Source: the human T2T-CHM13v2.0 reference genome, Homo sapiens
Strand: one strand, 5' to 3'
Length of the DNA stretch: 64,000 nucleotides
NCBI RefSeq assembly: GCF_009914755.1
Contig: NC_060931.1
The position numbers were made by a program, and so were the translations under genes. The notes under the pieces are model-generated. The model saw only the letters and a list, made by a program, of their open reading frames with translations, made no database searches and had not been told where the DNA came from. This document shows positions 61,440-64,000 of this stretch, in pieces (positions within the stretch are counted from its first letter, which is position 1; every line of letters begins with the position of its first letter).

Positions 61440-63610
61440 CGGTTTCCGACGGGGACGTCCCCAGAGGGACTTGATGGGGCCGGGGCCCCGCGTGGCAAGG
61501 GAACTCGCACAAACCACCCGCCCTCCTGGGCTGGCCCCCGGTCACCCGCGGGTGAGCTCTGGGAGTTCGGGCTCAGGACCCGGGAGGGGGGTCTGGCAGG
61601 TCCCGACGCAGCCCGGGGACAGGGGCAGGGCCAAGGGGCAGGGCCGGGGCGCATGCAAACACCGAGGGGGAGCGGGCAACACGGAGGGGGGCGCCGGCGC
61701 GCGCGCGCGGCGGGGGCGCGCGGGGGCGGGACCGGGAAGGGCAGTCACGGGCGCCGGAGCAGCACGTGCTCGATGTAATTCTCCAGCTCCTCCTGCTCCT
61801 GCAGCCGGCGCTCCTCCGCCTCCGCCTCCTCCTGCGCGCGCCGCGCCTGGGCCTCCCGGCCGGGATAGTGGCGCGAAGGCGGCAAGGCGTGGTGGTAGTG
61901 GCGGCGGCGCAAGGCCGAGGGCGGCTGCAGTGTCCGCGGCCGGATGTAGTTGGGGAAAGGGTGGTACGGCCCTGGCGGGTACACCTCGTCCTCCTCCCGA
62001 TCCCAGGGCGGGAGCACCTCGTTCCAGTCCGGCAGCTCGTCTCGTGCGGGAGCGGGGGCGGGGGGCGGGGGCTGCGGGGAGCGGACGTGGGTGGGGGCGG
62101 GGGCGGCACGGGGGGGCGGCACGGGCTCGGGAGGGGCGTTCTTCTTCCGCTTCCGCTTCTCCTCCACCTCCTCGATGATGCTGACCACGTCGTCCGCTGG
62201 CAGGTGGAGTTTGGTGGACAGCTCAATGAGGCTGTCGATCGTCTGCGGATCCATCTCCTCGTCGTCCTCCTCCTCCCCGCCCTCCTCTGTCCCCTCGGCC
62301 TCCTTCCGCCGGTGGCCCGGCGTCTCCTCCTGGGAGCGCTTGTCCTCGGCGCCGGCTTCCCCGTCCTCCTCCTCCGCGAACAGGAGCGCGTTCTGCCGCG
62401 CCCTCTCCGCCTCCTCCGCCTCTGCCTCCGCCTCGGCCGCCTCCTCATCCTCTTCCCCCACCCTCTCCTCCCCGCCGCGTCTCTCCTGCTCCGCCTCCTC
62501 CTCCTCCCTTGCACTCTCTCGCTCCTCCGCCGCCTCCTGCAGCCCCCGACCCCCGAGGCCGCGCTGCCGGGCCCCGCCCTGCAGCAAATACTGGAGCAGC
62601 AGGTCCGAGGCGAGGTCGGCCAGCCGCTCTTCCTGCGCCGCGGCCTGCCGCGTGGCCTCCGCCTGCCGCCGCCCGGCCTCCACCTGCGCCAGCCCTTGCT
62701 GGAGAAGGCGCTCGCCCGCCTCGGAGCCGCCCAGGAGTGCGCTCTCCGGCCGGCGCGCCTTGGGGAACGGGGCGGCCACGCCTTGGTACGCCTTGGACAG
62801 GGGTGCCAATGCCTCGCCTAGGTGTGTTTTGGGGGAGGACACTCCTTCCCCGAACTTGTGGGTTTCGGGAAGGGGCCCGCTGTCGGGCATACGCGCCTGG
62901 AATTGAGAGGGGGCCGGGGGCGGCAGGGGCGCGCGCTCCGGGACACGCGCCTGGAACTCTCCCCAGGAAGCGCGCCATACGCGCTCTGGCCCCGGGCTCT
63001 CCAGATTCACTCGGGTCAGCGTGTGCGTGCGGGTTTCCGTCTCTGCTGCCGCCGTCTCCTGCTGGCGCTTGGCGCTACTTGGACTGAAATCTCGCAGTTC
63101 CTGGAGCAGGGACGCTAGCGCCTCGAGCTCCTCGGAGGGATCGCTCGCCTCGGGCCCATTCTCCGGAGTCTGAGGGCGAGGCGGAGCCGCGGGCTCCGGG
63201 CTCTCCGGCGCCGGGAGGCTGTGGGTCTGGCTGCGCACGGTCTCGGTCAGCAGAGCTTCAGCTGCTTCTTCCTCCGGCCCCTGCTGGGAGCCGCTTGGTG
63301 CCGGGGGTGAGGCGGGACGGTCGAGTGCCTGCAGCAGCACCGCGGCCAGCGCCCGGGGATCCACGCCCTGGAAAAGCTCTCCCTCGTCCTGCGGCTCGGA
63401 ATTCCGAGCGCCTCGGACCTCTGGGGCGCTGCCATCCTTTGGCCCGGGCACTGCGTCCCCGGCTACCGGCTCTTTATGCTCAGAGCTGAGAGGAGGAGGC
63501 TGCGCCTCAGGGCGACCAGGGGGTGCTGCCCCTAACCCGTTGATCAGCAGAAGGCAGAAGAGGGCGGAAGCCGACAATCTGAGGGCTTTCATGACCAAGA
63601 GGCTGCCGGA
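61440..63610. other. CpG island over the VGF coding exon and 3'UTR
   Basis: Very high GC and CpG density. Confidence 0.9.
61745..63592 (-). CDS. VGF: Neurosecretory protein VGF precursor (615 aa; NERP-1/2, NAPP, TLQP-62/-21, AQEE-30 peptides)
   Basis: Single-exon CDS MKALRLSASALFCLLLINGLGA...TLQPPSALRRRHYHHALPPSR...EHVLLRRP. True ATG at 63592 (the ORF track starts 2 codons early at TTG). Acceptor tttttcag| with exon start at 63612. TLQP-62 spans 61933-61748. Confidence 0.99.
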   Translation of the reverse strand: MKALRLSASALFCLLLINGLGAAPPGRPEAQPPPLSSEHKEPVAGDAVPGPKDGSAPEVRGARNSEPQDEGELFQGVDPRALAAVLLQALDRPASPPAPSGSQQGPEEEAAEALLTETVRSQTHSLPAPESPEPAAPPRPQTPENGPEASDPSEELEALASLLQELRDFSPSSAKRQQETAAAETETRTHTLTRVNLESPGPERVWRASWGEFQARVPERAPLPPPAPSQFQARMPDSGPLPETHKFGEGVSSPKTHLGEALAPLSKAYQGVAAPFPKARRPESALLGGSEAGERLLQQGLAQVEAGRRQAEATRQAAAQEERLADLASDLLLQYLLQGGARQRGLGGRGLQEAAEERESAREEEEAEQERRGGEERVGEEDEEAAEAEAEAEEAERARQNALLFAEEEDGEAGAEDKRSQEETPGHRRKEAEGTEEGGEEEDDEEMDPQTIDSLIELSTKLHLPADDVVSIIEEVEEKRKRKKNAPPEPVPPPRAAPAPTHVRSPQPPPPAPAPARDELPDWNEVLPPWDREEDEVYPPGPYHPFPNYIRPRTLQPPSALRRRHYHHALPPSRHYPGREAQARRAQEEAEAEERRLQEQEELENYIEHVLLRRP

Positions 63611-64000
63611 GACTGAAAAATAGAAGGGACCAAAAAAAGAGGATTTCTGTAAGAATTCCCCTCTCTAGGTCTACGTTCCCTTCCCCCACCTTTCAGCAGG
63701 AAACCCGGGGCTTCCCTGATCCCCCAAACCTTACCCAGAAGAGGAACGTTTAGGAGCAAAGGAGGAAGATGTTGTGCCGATCTCTGGAGCCGTGTAAATG
63801 GGAAAATAACCCCCGAAGCCCTCGCTTACCCAGGGCCTCCTCGGCCCCTTCCCTGAGCCATCTCACTGCCATCGCCCACGTACTAAGCAGCAGCAATATG
63901 GGGGAAAAAAAAATCTCTGCTCCCTCCCCGTAGGACTCCCCGGATGGTGCGTGGGCGACTTCAGCAGCAAGAGAAAAAGCTGCGACTCCCCCGTTTACCG

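Noticed and set aside
61573-62514. 313-aa Arg-rich same-strand alternative ORF in VGF
   Set aside because: Starts at GTG deep in the exon; composition is what a frameshift of GAG/GCG-rich codons gives.
61766-63118. Long + strand ORFs (351 aa, 318 aa, 273 aa, 192 aa) over VGF
   Set aside because: Antisense shadows of a GC-rich, stop-poor CDS; low-complexity products with no promoter or splice support.
63593-63598. N-terminal MV extension of VGF in the ORF track
   Set aside because: Artefact of allowing a TTG start; the signal peptide begins at ATG 63592.

Overview
Human genomic DNA recognisable as chr7q22.1 and very Alu-rich. It holds three protein-coding genes. SERPINE1 (PAI-1, + strand) is complete: 9 exons, with CDS pieces summing to 1209 nt (402 aa), its promoter (4G allele, CAGA boxes, E-boxes, HRE, p53 site, TATA) and two poly(A) regions. 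AP1S1 (AP-1 sigma1A, + strand) is complete: 5 exons, 477 nt (158 aa), hosting MIR4653 in intron 4. The whole coding exon of VGF (- strand, 615 aa) converges on AP1S1. Other elements are a 968-bp HERV-K(HML-2) LTR5_Hs-type solo LTR with a 6-bp TSD, a MER1A DNA transposon, an Alu-interrupted ERV1 LTR, MIR/L2/MER5 relics and long purine tracts. Nearly all other ORFs in the track are Alu, low-complexity or GC shadow ORFs. The most novel-looking signal is in AP1S1 intron 4: an in-frame paralogous copy of the terminal exon (GDESPESAVMSEPGLSWL* vs canonical EDESPRSVLEEMGLA*) with mostly synonymous divergence. A candidate 9-nt microexon and the miRNA hairpin lie in the same intron, suggesting a hidden C-terminal switching cassette. 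Variant names and literature points are from memory and need checking; repeat boundaries are approximate.
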